DNA from: Chiloscyllium plagiosum
Lineage: Eukaryota
Reading direction: 5' to 3'
DNA length: 64,000 nucleotides
Assembly (NCBI RefSeq): GCF_004010195.1
Contig: NC_057728.1
Span: forward strand, 41,768,844-41,832,843
In this document: piece after piece, positions 1 to 12,944 of the stretch
Position numbering within the stretch: position 1 is the stretch's first letter
Layout: the number at the start of each line of letters is the position of its first letter
Notes under the pieces: generated by a model
Told to the model about the DNA's origin: nothing
Database searches by the model: none
Seen by the model: only the letters and a program-made list of their open reading frames with translations
Translations under genes and position numbers: made by a program

Positions 1-54
1 GCACCTCTCCTATCTCCTCGGACTCCAAGCACAAATTCCCACTCCTGTCCTTTC

Positions 55-135
55 TTCTCACAGATGCTACCATATCAGCAGAGTCTCTGCAGAAATTTCT
101 GTTTTGTTTCCAATCTCCAGCATTCGCTGTTGTGT
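55..135 (+). mobile_element. Old Penelope-type terminal repeat fragment (family C)
   Basis: cagatgct...cagcagagt...ttctgttttgtttc...tctccagcat resembles copies at 494-632, 16985-17185, 42640-42745 and 50195-50380. Confidence 0.5.
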
Positions 136-493
136 TTTAATTCCCAAATGAGCCTGACTTTACAAGCAAATGTGACTGACTGAGTTCCAGCTGACAAAGA
201 GGGAAGGAGCAGAAAAGCTGGGTGACTGGTTGGCCAATAAAATCTGAGTGCTTTGCTGAAGCATGCAAATATTTTTCAAAGCACAACATCTGTCAGACAA
301 ATAAGTCATTTGTTTAATCTCCGCAAAGAACTATTCAATGCTGATGGCTTGTGAAGGCTTATGATGCTGGGAGCTTAGCTTCAGTAATGTGTGTAAGATC
401 CTTTCATTGTTCTAAATACCTACAGTGTGGCTGTTAGAAGATGCAGCTTGTGGGCTGTTACATCCACATTTCTGTCAAGTCCTAATGATATGT

Positions 494-632
494 TAAAAGC
501 CAAAAGAACTGCGGCTGCTGTAAATCAGAAACAAAAACAGAAATTGTTGGAGAGACTCTGCTGGTATGGTAGCATCTGTGGGTTCTGAGGCTCAGTCGAC
601 CCAAAACGTTTCTCTTCACAGATGCTGCCAGC
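494..632. mobile_element. Old Penelope-type palindromic fragment (family C)
   Basis: agcatctgtg (571) and cacagatgct (617) are inverted arms around a decayed ctga...cccaaaacgtt core. Confidence 0.5.
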
Positions 633-980
633 TCTAATGCTATGTTCTAGGTTCAGTTACAGAAAGCAAGCAAGCAGGCTCTTGCTCAAAGTTTTCTCCG
701 CCTCTCGTTCCTTTACCTCATAAAGGATAAAGCTGGATGGGATGCTGAGACATTTTCTTATTTGGTGAGGGATCCACTGGGAATGATAACTAAGCAGAGA
801 TACTTGCCATGTGTTCAGTGTGTCGGTCTCTGCTGTCTGCTTTGCCTGGAGCTGCTGCTTCCATTATGCGCCTGGGACCCATGATTTTCATCGCAACTCA
901 CTCTGTGATTATCTTTTTGAATTGAGACTCAACAGCATTTGGCAAGATTTAACAATGTTACTCAGGGCTGGCAACACAGA

Positions 981-1148
981 AACAAAGTTAAAAATCAGAC
1001 AACACTAGGTTATAGTTCAACAGATTTATCAGCTACCTGATGAAGGAGCAGTGCTCCGGAAGCTAGTGCTTCCAAATAAACCTGTTGGACTATAACCTAG
1101 TGTTGTCAGATTTTTAACTTTGCCCACCTTAGTCCAACACCGGCACCT
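981..1148. mobile_element. Palindromic Penelope-derived element (family B) with mutated HHR core
   Basis: aaagttaaaaatc..acaacactaggttatagt is inverted against actataacctagtgttgtc..atttttaacttt; core ctgatga-aggagcagtgctcc-GGAA-gcta at 1037-1065 has GAAA changed to GGAA. Confidence 0.75.
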
Positions 1149-1367
1149 NNNNNNNNNNNNNNNNNNNNNNNNNNNNNNNNNNNNNNNNNNNNNNNNNNNN
1201 NNNNNNNNNNNNNNNNNNNNNNNNNNNNNNNNNNNNNNNNNNNNNNNNNNNNNNNNNNNNNNNNNNNNNNNNNNNNNNNNNNNNNNNNNNNNNNNNNNNN
1301 NNNNNNNNNNNNNNNNNNNNNNNNNNNNNNNNNNNNNNNNNNNNNNNNNNNNNNNNNNNNNNNNNNN
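1149..1367. other. Assembly gap (N run)
   Basis: Continuous Ns, flanked by PLE-derived repeats on both sides. Confidence 1.
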
Positions 1368-1657
1368 TCTTGACCAGCAATCTTCTTCCCGACCTCTCCG
1401 CCCCCACCTCCTCTCCGGCCTATCACCCTCACCCTCACCTCCTTCCACCTATCTTATTCCCAGCGCCCCTCCCCAAAATTCCCTCCTCCCTACCTTTTAT
1501 CTCAGCCCGCTTGGCACACCAGCCACATTCCTGAAGAAGGGCTTATGCCCGAAACGTCGATGCTCCTGCTCCTCGGATGCTGCCTGGCCTGCTGCGCTTT
1601 TCCAGCACCACACATTTCAACTCTGCTCTCCAGCATCTGCAGTCCTCACTTTCTCCT
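1368..1657 (+). mobile_element. Penelope-like element 3' end (family A)
   Basis: C-rich tract, HHR motif, then terminus cagcatctgcagtcctcactttctcc shared with copies ending at 21720 and 31408; a related C-rich tract follows the GIY-YIG remnant at 52253-52635 (-). Confidence 0.8.
1527..1562 (+). ncRNA. Minimal type I hammerhead ribozyme motif (family A)
   Basis: cattc-CTGAAGA-a-gggc ttat gccc-GAAA-C-GTC-gatg: complete core, 4-bp helix II, loop-less palindromic helix III (ACGT), short bulged helix I. Confidence 0.65.
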
Positions 1658-1660
1658 CAC

Positions 1661-2998
1661 AACTCCTATACTCAATGCTCTGACCAATAAAGGAAAACAT
1701 ACCAAACACCTTCTTCACTATCCTGTCTACCTGTGACTCCACTTTCAAGAAGCTATGCACCTGCACTCCAACACTCCCTAGGACCTTACCATTAAGTGTA
1801 TAAGTCCTGCAAAGATTTGCTTTCCCAAAGTGCAGCACCTCGCATTTATCTGAATTAAGCTCCATCTGCCACTTCTCAGCCCATTGGCACATCTGGTCAA
1901 GATCTTGTTGTAATCTGAGGTAACCCTCTTCGCTGTCCACTACACCTCCAATTTTGGTGTCATCTGCAAACTTACGAACTGTACCTCTTATGCTCGCATC
2001 CAAATTATTTATGTAAATGACAAAAAGTAGAGGGCCCAGCACCGATCCTTGTGGCACTCTCCTGGTCACAGGCCTCCAGTCTGAAAAACAACCCTCCACC
2101 ACCATCCTCTGTCTTCTACCTTTGAGCCAGTTCTGTATCCAAATAGCTAGTTCTCCCTGTGTTCCATGAGATCTAACCTTGCTAATCAATCTCCCATCGG
2201 GAACCTTGTCGAACGCCTTACTGAAGTCCATAGAGATCAATTTACCACTCTGCCCTCATCACTCCTCTTTGTTACTTCCTCAAAAAACTCAATCAAGTTT
2301 GTAAGACTTGATTTTCCACGCACAAAGCCATGTTGACTATCCCTAATCAGTCCTTGCCTTTCCAAATACATATACATCCTGTCCCTCAGGATTCCCTCCA
2401 AGAACTTGCCCATCACCGATGTCAGGTTCACTGGTCTATAGACCTTACCACCTTACCACCTTTCTTAAATAATGGTACCACATTAGCCAACTTCCAGTCT
2501 TCTGGAACCTCACCTGTGCCTCTCGATAATCCAAATATCTCTGCAAGGGGCCTAGCTTTCCTAGCTTACCACAGAGTTCTAGAGTACACCTGATCAGGTC
2601 CTGGTGATTTATCCACCTTTATGCATTTCAAGACATCCAGTACTTCCTCCTCTGTAATCGGGACATTTTTCAAGATTTCACCATCTATATCCCTACATTC
2701 TATATCTTCCATGTCCTTCTCCACAGTAAACACTGACGCAAAATACTCATTTACTATCTTCCCCATCTCCTGCGGCTCCACAGAAAGGCTGCCTTGTTGA
2801 TGTTTGAGGGTCTTATTTGTCAAAACTCTTTGGATTCTCCTTAACACTTATTTGCCAAGCTATCTCATGTCCCCTTTTTACCCTCCTGATTTCCCTCTTA
2901 TGTATACTCCTACTGCCTTTATACTCTTCTAAGGATTCACTTGATTTCTCCTGTCTGTACCTGACATATGCTTCTTCTTTTTCTTAACTAAACCCTCA
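1661..2998 (-). mobile_element. CR1 LINE ORF2 fragment (reverse transcriptase), degraded
   Basis: ORFs 1617-2240, 2237-2431 and 2566-2847 give DKSPGPD, QHGFVRGKS, DFSKAFDKVP, VPQGSVLGPLLF and KFADDTK; closely similar to the 59.3-62.5 kb copy. Confidence 0.95.
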
Positions 2999-3725
2999 AG
3001 TGTGATGCCAGTGAGCCAGAATTTGGAGTAACTCTAATTTAGCAAAGACAACCTGTTACGTTTGCAGCAAAGACATTAACATGAACAGAATGATGTCATG
3101 CTCATATTGAGAAAGAGTGCTGGGTCATTGTCTTTGCTTGTGAATAGTTTCATCACTATCTACTTGGAATAGACAACATGATAGTTGAGTCTGACCATAA
3201 GTTACTTCAAAGCATCTTCAACAGAGAATTTTACTCTGATTACAAGATACTATCTCAACAGGGAATACAAGAAGTGAAGCAGAACTACATTGCAGACTTA
3301 CTGTTGTGCTCTCATTATGAAGAAAGTAAGGATTGCCACAACAGAATGTGAAGTCTTGCAGTTTTAATGAGGCATACCTGTTTGTCATGCTCTTGAAGTC
3401 ATTAATCCAGCAGAGACACTGAATTTAACAAATAAGTACCTTACTCAAATCAAACAAACTACCTTTCAAGATGCAACTCTCCAACTGTTGCAGGAATTAG
3501 TGAAGAAATGATGGCTAGAAATCCTCATGGGCATACCTGTCATGTATTGGGGATATAGAAATGAATTGACAACTAAAGATGGCATATCGCACAAATTATC
3601 CATAAGAAGTTGAAAGGAGAGATGCTAATGCACATCCATGGAAATACGAAAGTATTACACCACGTCTGAGGAAAGCTATAGATGTATCTAACATGAGCAA
3701 GAAAATCCAAGGATGACCTCAGCTA

Positions 3726-4020
3726 GGGGCAGCACGGTGACTCAGTGTTTAGCATAGCTGCCTCACAGAGCCAGGGGCCCAGGTTCGATTCCAGCCTCGG
3801 GTGTGGCATTTGCACATTCTCCCCGTGTCTGCTTGGGTTTCCTCCCACAGTCCAAAGATGTGCAGGTTAGGTAAATTGGCCATGCTACCTTGCCCATTGT
3901 TTAGGGGTAAATGTAAGATAATAGGGTAGTGGAATGGGTCTGGGTGGGTGACTCTTCAGAGGGTCGGTGTGGACTTGGGCCAAAGGGCCTGTATCCACAG
4001 TGTTGGGATTCTATGTCTAT
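3726..4020 (+). mobile_element. tRNA-derived SINE (HE1/V-SINE-like)
   Basis: A box ggtgactcagtg, B box ggttcgattcc, V-domain-like tttgcacattctccccgtgtctgc..ctcccacagtccaaagatgtgcagg, CR1-like tail. Confidence 0.9.
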
Positions 4021-5006
4021 ATCTAGTGCAGAGCTCGTAATGTGTAACAAGTTAAGCAAGATAGAGAGCCACTGATGGCACATGACATCCCAGACAGACC
4101 ATGAATGGAGCTGGGAGTAGACTGCTTCACAGGAACTGATTATCTTGTCACTGTAGCCTACTGTTTTGGCTACTGGGAAATAGACAAGCTGACTTCAATG
4201 ATTGCAAATAGGATTATCAAGTGTCTGAGAGCATACTTCAGCCTCACTGTGATGAGCAACAATGTTCATGAGTAAGGAATTTAGTCATTTCATAAATAAT
4301 TGGTAAGTTCGACACCATACATCTCCATGCTATCCCAGTCAAGTGGAAAGGCTGAAGCCACAATAAAAATTGCCAAAGGAATCATATAGAAATCAAGCAA
4401 AACTAATAAACAGCAATACATGATTTACATTCAAGGCAATCCTTGACTGGAGAAACTGAAGGCATGAAAACTAGTCTAGTACAAGTACTAATGTCACAAC
4501 TTACTCATCTAAAGGCTTAAAAGCTACTGAATCCAGAAATAGTAACACTGTGAGAGACAAAATCATGGTGAAAAGGCAGATAGCCAAATTTAATTTTGAC
4601 AAGGCTGTTAAACAATTGCCAGAATTGTGCATTGGAGACCCAGTCAAAGTGCAAACCTTCAATTCTGTCAACAAGAGTCAGCCCAAGTGGAAACTTGGTA
4701 CCTGTGTGCAACAGTTGTCAACTTGATTGCATGTGCTGGAAACGACTGACCAAATATACCATCACAACCACATGCCCAGAGATTGAGAAGCTGATCCTCA
4801 ACTGCAGGTGGCTGATCGGGAAGAGGTGAGCTCATCATCTGCACAGTCAACAGATTAACGATTAGACCCAGAGCTGGACATCATATGCCACAACAATGAA
4901 GATGGAAAAACAGCTACCATGGCATTAAACAAATGACACAGGAATGACATTGTTCAGGGAAGGAACATCACACTGATGAGCAAACAACAGCAATGTGCCC
5001 TACCAT

Positions 5007-5308
5007 GGCACGGTGGCACAGTGGTTAGCACTGCTGCCTCATAGCACCAGAGACCTGGGTTCAATTCCCACCTCAGGTGGCTCTTTGTAAGGAGTTTGCA
5101 CATTCTGCATGGGTTTCGTCCAGGTGCTCCGGTTTCCTCCCACAGTCCAAAAATGTACAGGTTAGGTGAATTGGCCAAAGTTAAATTGCCCGTAGTGTTA
5201 GGTGAAGGGGTAAATGTAGGGGAATGGGTCTGGGTGGGTTGCGCTTTGGCGGGTCAGTTTGGACTTGTTGGGCCAAAGGGCCTGTTTCCACACTGTAAGT
5301 AATCTAAT
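5007..5308 (+). mobile_element. tRNA-derived SINE (HE1/V-SINE-like)
   Basis: ggtggcacagtggttagcactgctgcctc, gggttcaattcc, body as at 3726, tail aatctaat. Confidence 0.92.
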
Positions 5309-7029
5309 ATCATAATTCAAGGCCTTAAATGTGCAATGCATGTGCAGAAACTGACAAGAATAATGATCTGCTAATACATGAGAACAATTAGGTTCATAGT
5401 GGGTAACTTGGCTAACTCAAAATGGAAATGATAATGAACACATTTTATATTTGCCTCTTTTGGATGAAAAGGGGAATATTTGAGTTAGAAATGTAATTGT
5501 TATCAATGTGCCTCCTGGTTTTTATATAATTATGTGATGTCCATTTGAGGCACTGACTAGGAACTGATATTTTGCAGCCAATTTCAAAAAGATTACCCTA
5601 CAGCCCAGATCGTTATCTTGAGAGCTTGCAACTGACAAGCATCCCATAGCACCTTCATAATATTCTAACTCACCAAACCAAAATTGAAAAGATATAATCT
5701 TTTCTCCCTTGTCCTGTCAGTGCCTGTCAGGTGCTGAACAGAATACTGGGGAAAGAGAACAAGTAGTACAGCACTACTGGTGCTGTACTTTCCAGTCAGC
5801 CTGCAATGGGTAGTCCGACATCCAAACTGCATCAATGCACAAGTCGTATTTGAGATAAATGTGTACTGATAGTGCCACATCAGCCGTTAGTCTCTAAAAT
5901 CAAGCACACAACCAGGGTCATTCCTCACCTTAAAGTTGTGTGTTCGGTGGTGTGGCTTTTCATGATGTCTTTTTTTTCTGTTCTACTTATTTTGCATTCT
6001 TTAAATGCACTGAATTATTTATATTTTTCAGTCCGATTTTGCCTCTTTCATATTTAAGTTTTAAGCTGTGGTAAGAGCTGTTTCATTCCCATTTGCAGCA
6101 GTCCCTTCTGGCATGACAAACATCCCTTTTAGAATCCCACGTTCGCTCCGAGAATGCGAATACAAGTGGGATTTTCGAAGAATTCATCAGGGGATACTCT
6201 GCTTATTTTTAGGATGAGGAATACAGATCCACTATTACATAATGGACTGATCTATATGTCCTTCTATCACTCTTAAAGCACGTAGAGGAGGTATGCTTGA
6301 TGAGGGAGACTTTTCTGCAGATTGAGTTTATACCTTTAAAATACCAAGCTTCTTTTGTCAGTGGTAAAGTAAGAGTGAGAGGTTAGTAGCTTAAAAGCAC
6401 ATGTGTATTGACAGATCTGTACAATCTGCATTTCAACCTGAGTATCAGTCTGCAGCTGTGCACCATGCAGCTAGGCTATTTTAAAGTGAACTTGGGGTAG
6501 AATGTTCTTGGCATCTTGAAAGTGCTTTTCCAAAATGTGAGTGTGTTTGAGGTGCAAAAATACAAGGTTATATGAGAGGTTGGCATTAATGTGGTGTGCA
6601 GGTGGAAAAGGCAACATTTCTCAGCTAGCAATACATATGCCACATATGAAATATAAGGTGAGGTCAGCTAACATAATAATGTCAGACCCTTTCCAATATG
6701 CTGTATTTTTCTGCACTCATTGCCAGATTTTCCAAGTAGTTTATATATGCTGAGCTTACCTACTACTGGCTACCAGGGACAGCGCTTTTTGGGGCGTTTG
6801 ATTTGTAATGTCACATTGGTTCTTTCACCAACCTCCTGGGACTGCGAGTTGATTTAAGTTTCTCACAAATGGGGTATCAGTTGCTGTGTTTACTTCAGTG
6901 ATACCTCTTCCCCATCCTATGCCAATAAGTTTGGAAATTGTCTAGAATTGATTTTAGAGCTTAGTAAAAGCTACATCGAAATATAAAATATAAAAGCTAG
7001 GAAATTTGCAGGAGGTTTAACTTGGTCCT

Positions 7030-7790
7030 TGGTTGATCTGATGCTATGAGACTTCCTGAGGTCCACAGTCAATGCTGAGGACTCCTAGGATCACTCCCTC
7101 CTGACTGTATATCAGTCCAAAGTACACTGGTGTCCCACCAATTTTGCTGGGCCTGTTTTACTGGTGGGACAAGACCTATTCAGGAATGGTGATGATGGTG
7201 TTTGGGATATTATCTACAGTATAAGCTATAATTCCGTGAGTATGCACTATTTCAGGCTGTTGCATGACTAGCCTTTGGGACAGTTCTCCCAACTTTGGCA
7301 TTAGACCCCCAGATATTGTAAGGAGAACTTTGCAATGTTGACAGGGCCATGCTTGCTGTTGCTATTTCTAGTGCGTCAGAAAATGCCAGGAGGTCTGTCC
7401 GGTTTAATTCCCTGTTTTAGTTTCCAGAGGTTAATGCAACTTGCTCAGCTACTTCAGAGGGCAGTTGAGAATCAACCACGTTGCTGTGGATCTGAAGTCA
7501 TATGTAGGCCACACCAGATAAGGAGGGCAGCTTAACCTCTCAAAAGGACATTAGTGAACAAGATAGGTTTTTACAACAATCAATAATGGTCACATTGTTG
7601 TCATTAGACTTGCTTTTAATGGCAAATTTACCATTAAAAGCAAGTCTAATGACAACCGTGTAACCATTACTGATTAATTAATTTCACTATCTGCCATGAT
7701 GGGATTTGAAGCCATGACCGTAAAACGTTAGCCTGTGTCTCTGGATTAGTAATACATAGTAATACATATTACTATGCCGGGCCATCCCAT
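7030..7790 (-). mobile_element. 5' part of a LINE: tRNA-like head, untranslated body, AP-endonuclease N-terminus
   Basis: Minus strand: B box-like ggcttcaaatccc, body shared with 17490-17752, then NIWGLMPKLGELSQRLVMQQPEIV..LTE..ITIP..RPS, typical of the start of a LINE endonuclease. Confidence 0.7.
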
Positions 7791-7799
7791 GTATGAACG

Positions 7800-10240
7800 T
7801 ACCTGATTATATTTACATAGCTGATGATATCATAGTTATGGGTAAAATAAGGACAGAGAATTACCACACCCTTCACCTACTGATGAGAGCAGCACCAGGG
7901 CTGGTATTTTTCCAGCACAAAGTGTCAGGTCAACATCAGCCAGAAAAACCTTTCTGAGTCCTTTCATTTGCCCAAGAAATCCATGCTGACCTCATAAGAT
8001 AAAGAGGATCTTTGGGGTTGCCTTGGATTGTTAATTTCTTTTCAGTTGATATTCTCAACTTTGTCGACAAAGTGTCTCTGCTAAGAGATTTGTTGATGAC
8101 CTCTAAGTTTGACACAACAATCACCAATACTTTTTCAATTCTCTCAAGCACATCATGTCAGTGAAATCTTGCCCACTGTGAAACAATAATGTAAAAAAGT
8201 CTCAAGTCCCAAAGTGCATGCATTACAAAACAGTCTGAGTTCATGTCTTTTGCAGATGTAAAACCTATTGCTTTTAGTTCAAAAACACTGTCATCTTTGT
8301 AAGCCAATTACCCTGATATAGAGCACAAGACATTAGTTCTGGTTATTAGTATCATGTGGTTTCACACATACTTATTTGTAAGAAATTCACAGTTGAAGTA
8401 GATCATAAACCATAGGAAATGATCTGCCACAAACTGTTAAGGCGTGCACTGTCACGGTTACAGCATCTACTTGTAAAGGTCGAAGGATATGACTTTGAAG
8501 TAAGATATAACTAGGTACTGGGATGTTTATGGCTGACATGCTGAGCAGATTACCCAGTAGAATGGCTAAAATCTTCCTTTTGATCTACACATTAATACTC
8601 CTAACTATGAAGTTGAACAAGTTCTCAAGGTTGATCTGTTACACTTTGGTCAGAGCCACTGTGAACAGTTGCAATCAGCAATAGCCAAAATGAGTGTTGC
8701 AAACAAAAGTTATAAAAGATCATGGCCTAACTGTATTAAAGAAATATGTTACAAAATGTGTTGATTTTGGCCATACAGAGACAAACTTGATATATCACAA
8801 GAAGGTATTTCAAGGGCAAACAATTCCTGACACCAAAAGCATTAGAGCACGTGGCAGCAGGGTAGTTAATGCAAAAAATGGCTAGCATGTGAGTCTGTGT
8901 TATGACCAGGGATGAATCAGGATATTCAACAATTTGTGAATGGATATGAAAAATGACTAATGTACTAACCCCAATAGTGAAAAAGTCACTTATGCTCCAC
9001 CCACGACTAGCAAGAGAACGAATCACAGTGCACAGTGAAGATTATACCTTTGTGAAGGATTATTTCTCATCATTCAACAACTTAACAACACAAGTGCCAC
9101 CATTGCTGAAATGGATTCTATGATTCAATGAGTGCTATTTTCAGTTTATTCAGTATCTAGAACAGATAGTGACTGCCAATGGACTGCACTACAATACCTA
9201 ATCGTTTTAAAGTATGTGTACTAAGTGGAGAGTGACCCTTACCTCATCGTTATCCTGTTATCCATGGTCAAACAGTTTAGCAGAACAGATGGTATGTTCT
9301 ATCAAATCAATGGTCATTAAATATTTATCAACAAAGCATAATTTTCACATTGCTTTATTGCATTTTTGAGCACTAGCAATGGAGAAAGGAATATCATCCC
9401 CAGCCCAATTCACACTTGGAAGCAAAGTGCTAACAACTTTGTCCAGCAACCAAATATCTAACCATTCTGACATAGAGGACATTCTTCTTCAAAGACTGAG
9501 GCGAATGAATGAGATACACAAACAGCACAAAGTAGACAACTATCAAAATTGCAAAATAGACAGAGTGTGCAAATCTGGAATCTAAATATAATTACTTGGA
9601 TACCAGCATTTCTGAAATACATAATCAGCCCAGATAAACTACTTATCACTGCACTGTTCTACAAAGGAACAGAAGCCAACTCAGAGCAATGTTCAGGACA
9701 CCAATCATGCATAAAGACAGTAACGAAGAATACTCCAATGATGAGTATGCTGTGATGTTGAGTGATAACAACCAGCAGCAAGATGACCAAGTTGTTAAAC
9801 AAGTGCAAAGAGAACAACATATACCTCTCCAGATGGGTATGCAATCACTAGATCAATGTGAGCTAACAAACCTCCATAGCATTATATCAACTTTGAAATA
9901 TTAATCTTCTAAACTCCTTATTACCTGTTTGTATAATTATCAAATTGACTACAGGTGCCTATGTGCAACTATATCTGTTTGGTATAAATTTTTATCTTTG
10001 GAAACAGGAGGATGTTGCATTATGTCTCATAGTCAATACGTCAGTATAGCTTTAAGAAACATATTCTTGATATCATCACTGTATCAAAACATGTGAATTG
10101 TGAGCATAAAGATCTCATACTCCATCTTACCATGAATTCATAGTGCACAGGGAAGATTACATTCTTGTGATAGATTACTTTCTCATCGTTCAACAACTTA
10201 AAAACAGAAATGCCACCATTCCTGACACCACTGATTACTC
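7800..10240 (+). mobile_element. Second Gypsy LTR retrotransposon relic (RT, RNase H, integrase)
   Basis: YIYIADDIIVMG (7808); KPIAFSSKTL..FHTYLF..DHKP (8260-8412); RLQHLLVKVEGYDFEVRY; ADMLSRLP; IVTANG; YPWSNSLAEQMV (~9260). Confidence 0.85.
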
Positions 10241-11159
10241 CATCGATTATTTTAAGCATGATACATTATGGGAATCATGCTGCTCTGTGTAACTTATTAG
10301 TTTAATATTTGCCCAGACACTGCTATGCTTATGAATGTAATATTTGTATGTAATAGTTAGCTGTAATAAGTATCTGTTGGATTCTTCAATACCATGATAT
10401 ATATGTGCAATTTTTTATGTTGTAGGAGGTAACATTAACATTACCATATCAGGTAAATCACTGCTGAAAAATCACATCACTTGATTCCCGAACAGGGCTA
10501 AAGCTATAGTGGCCACTATGACTTGGGCGCAATCTATTCGTTATGATGCTAGCTGGCTTTATTCCATCGATGTGACAAAAGTACTATTGCATCAATGGCA
10601 GAAAACCGTACCTCTGTATATAAGTTCTGATTGCCTCTAAATGGTTGACTTTTGTGTATTGATGTAAATTAGTTCTGCATGGTTAGAATTGTCATGAGAA
10701 TAGAAATGATTTAATAGCATTTAATATATCAGGATCAATCTGCCTGAGTAACGTTTCACAGCTCCAGGTGCAGTTTGGGAAGTTGCATGGAGCACACTGA
10801 TAGTGAGAGTGGAGAACATGTGCAGTCATGAGGCTCAAATGTTAACGCACAATTAAAGAGCAATAGGAGAAGGTGGGGAACAAAAACTATCTGGTCCTTT
10901 GGAAAGCTCACGAAGCATCTCAATTCATTGGCAACTTTTGGTGTGGACTAAGAATAACAAGAAGAAATGAATGTGCAGTGAAGATTCTGCAGGCTATCAC
11001 CGAACATTCTATTTGATGAGCTGCTGAAGTGGATGTGGCTGTGTATGAACTAGTTGGAAAAAGGATATTCTCTTTTGTCACTGCATGTCATATCCATTGG
11101 ACTAACATGTAAACATGTGTAGAGGAGATGGAGACAGATATAAACCTATAGTTGACTGC

Positions 11160-12072
11160 CCCTGCAAGGTTACATACTCAGTCCCCTACTGTGCTCCTGT
11201 ACTCTCATGACTGTGTGGCAAAAGTTTGTCTGAACTCCATCTACAAATGCACTGAAAGACACCACCATTGTAGGGCGAATATCAAACAATGATAAGACAG
11301 AATACAGAAAAGTTAGAATGCTTGGTGATGTGGTATAAAGATAACAATCTCTCCCTCATTGTCAGCAAAACTAAAGAGCTCATCGTTGACTTCAGGAAGC
11401 AAGCAGTAAGGCATCCCCCTGTCCACATCACTGAAGCTGAGATGGAGATGGTCAAGAGGGTCAAGTTTTGAGGAGTGATGATCACCAACAATCTGACCTG
11501 GACCACCCATGTTGATTAGACGGTCAAGAAGGCATAACGATGCCTCTTCTTCCTCAGGAGGTTAATGAAATTCAGCATGTCCATAAGGACTCTCACCAAC
11601 TTTTATAGGAGCACCATCAAAAGCATTCTATCTGGATGCATCATGGCTTGGTACAGCACCTGCTCAGCCCAGAACCATAAGAAACTACAGAAAGTGGTGA
11701 ACGCAGCCCAGTCCATCAAGCAAGTCAACTTTCCATCAATTGACTCCATCTACATTTCCCAATGCCTCAGAAAGGCAGGCAACATCATCAAAGACCCCTC
11801 CCACCCCAGTTATAATCTCTTCCAGCCTCTGCCAGCAGGCAGAAAATACTAAAGCTTAAACAAACATACCAGTAAATCTTAAATTTCAAATTTTACATCT
11901 AATGTTGATCTTGCTTTTTGTACACCTTCTTTGCAGCCGTAACTTTGTATTCCTCGCTCTGTTCAATCACCCAATGATCTTTGTATGGCATGATCTGCCT
12001 GTACTGCACGTAAAACAAAATGTTTCACTGTACTTAGGTACATGTGACAATAATAAATCACATTAAATCAAA
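11160..12072 (+). mobile_element. Rex1/Babar-like LINE 3' portion (RT C-terminus and 3' UTR)
   Basis: QG.ILSPLL..THDCVAK..NSIYK..DTTIVGRI; ORFs 11289 (SKTKELIVDFRK) and 11565 (LTNFYRSTIKSILSGCI..LQKVVNAAQSI..IIKDPSHP); tail aataaatca. Confidence 0.85.
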
Positions 12073-12662
12073 AGGTATGACTACCAGTTTTGTCAGCACT
12101 GTTTGCAAATTCGCAGCGGCTATCCCTGTTACATAAAATCAAGCCACATGCGCAGTGGGGTAAAGTGATGTTGAAACATGAGCATCAACAGTCACATTGA
12201 ATGTTGAAATAGCATTGAGGGGTCATATGGTTTAATCCTGCTATGGTTTAATCCAAGTAAATGGCATTTTCTCAGCAAACTAACTGGACCTTGCAGAGAA
12301 AATACAATTTGATCTTCATGGAGAGGTATCATAATATCTATAATTATGTATGGTGGCACTTTCAATATTCATCCATATTGACTATGATGAGATGGCCAAG
12401 TCACTTCCATACAATGACACTAAAGATTTAATGCACTCTTGGTTAGAGTGCTTCTATGGAACAAATTAGCATGCCAGTTTTTCAGGACGGCACACTCCCT
12501 TTCTCTACCATCTGGTTTACTGTCACAGCCTGCCTTGAGAATTGAGTTCTTCTCTTGCATGAATACTTTGCCAACATGAGGAATGTGACTCCTGTTTATA
12601 GATGTTTCTGTGTGCAAGTGGCACAGACCTTTGATTCTCAGCATTCACCTATTGGTCACTGT

Positions 12663-12944
12663 GAGCAGCACAGTGGTACAGTGGTTAGTACTGCTGCCTC
12701 ACAGCACCAGAGACCCGGGTTCAATTCCCGCCTCAGGTGACTGACTGTGTGGAGTTTGCACAATCTCCCTGTGTCTGTGTGGGTTTCCTCCCACAGTCCA
12801 AAAATGCGCAAATTAAGTGAATTGACCATGCTAAATTGCCTGTAGTGTTAGGTGAAGGGGTAAATATAGGGGAGTGGGTTGCGGGTCGGTGTGGACTTGC
12901 TGGGCCGAAGCGTCTGTTTCCACACTGTAAGTAATCTAACCTAA
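12663..12944 (+). mobile_element. tRNA-derived SINE (HE1/V-SINE-like)
   Basis: Same head, body and tail as the 5007 copy. Confidence 0.92.

Larger units (their letters stand above)
3000..5675 (+). mobile_element. Gypsy LTR retrotransposon relic (RNase H, integrase, 3' LTR), interrupted by two SINEs
   Basis: Manual translation: CDASE..QPVTFA..AHIEKEC..FHHYLLG..VESDHK (3001-3200); EPLMAHDIPDRP..DYLVTV..YWEIDKL (4065-4190); QSSGKAE (~4340); purine tract gaaaagggga then LTR-like 5477-5675 bounded by tgagttag/ctaactca. Confidence 0.85.

Noticed and set aside
1029..1683. ORFs spanning the first N run
   Set aside because: They are open only because Ns hide stops; the flanks are non-coding PLE repeats
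3726..3800. tRNA-like A/B box sequences here and at other SINE heads as tRNA genes
   Set aside because: They continue into SINE bodies and tails; no intact cloverleaf is evident
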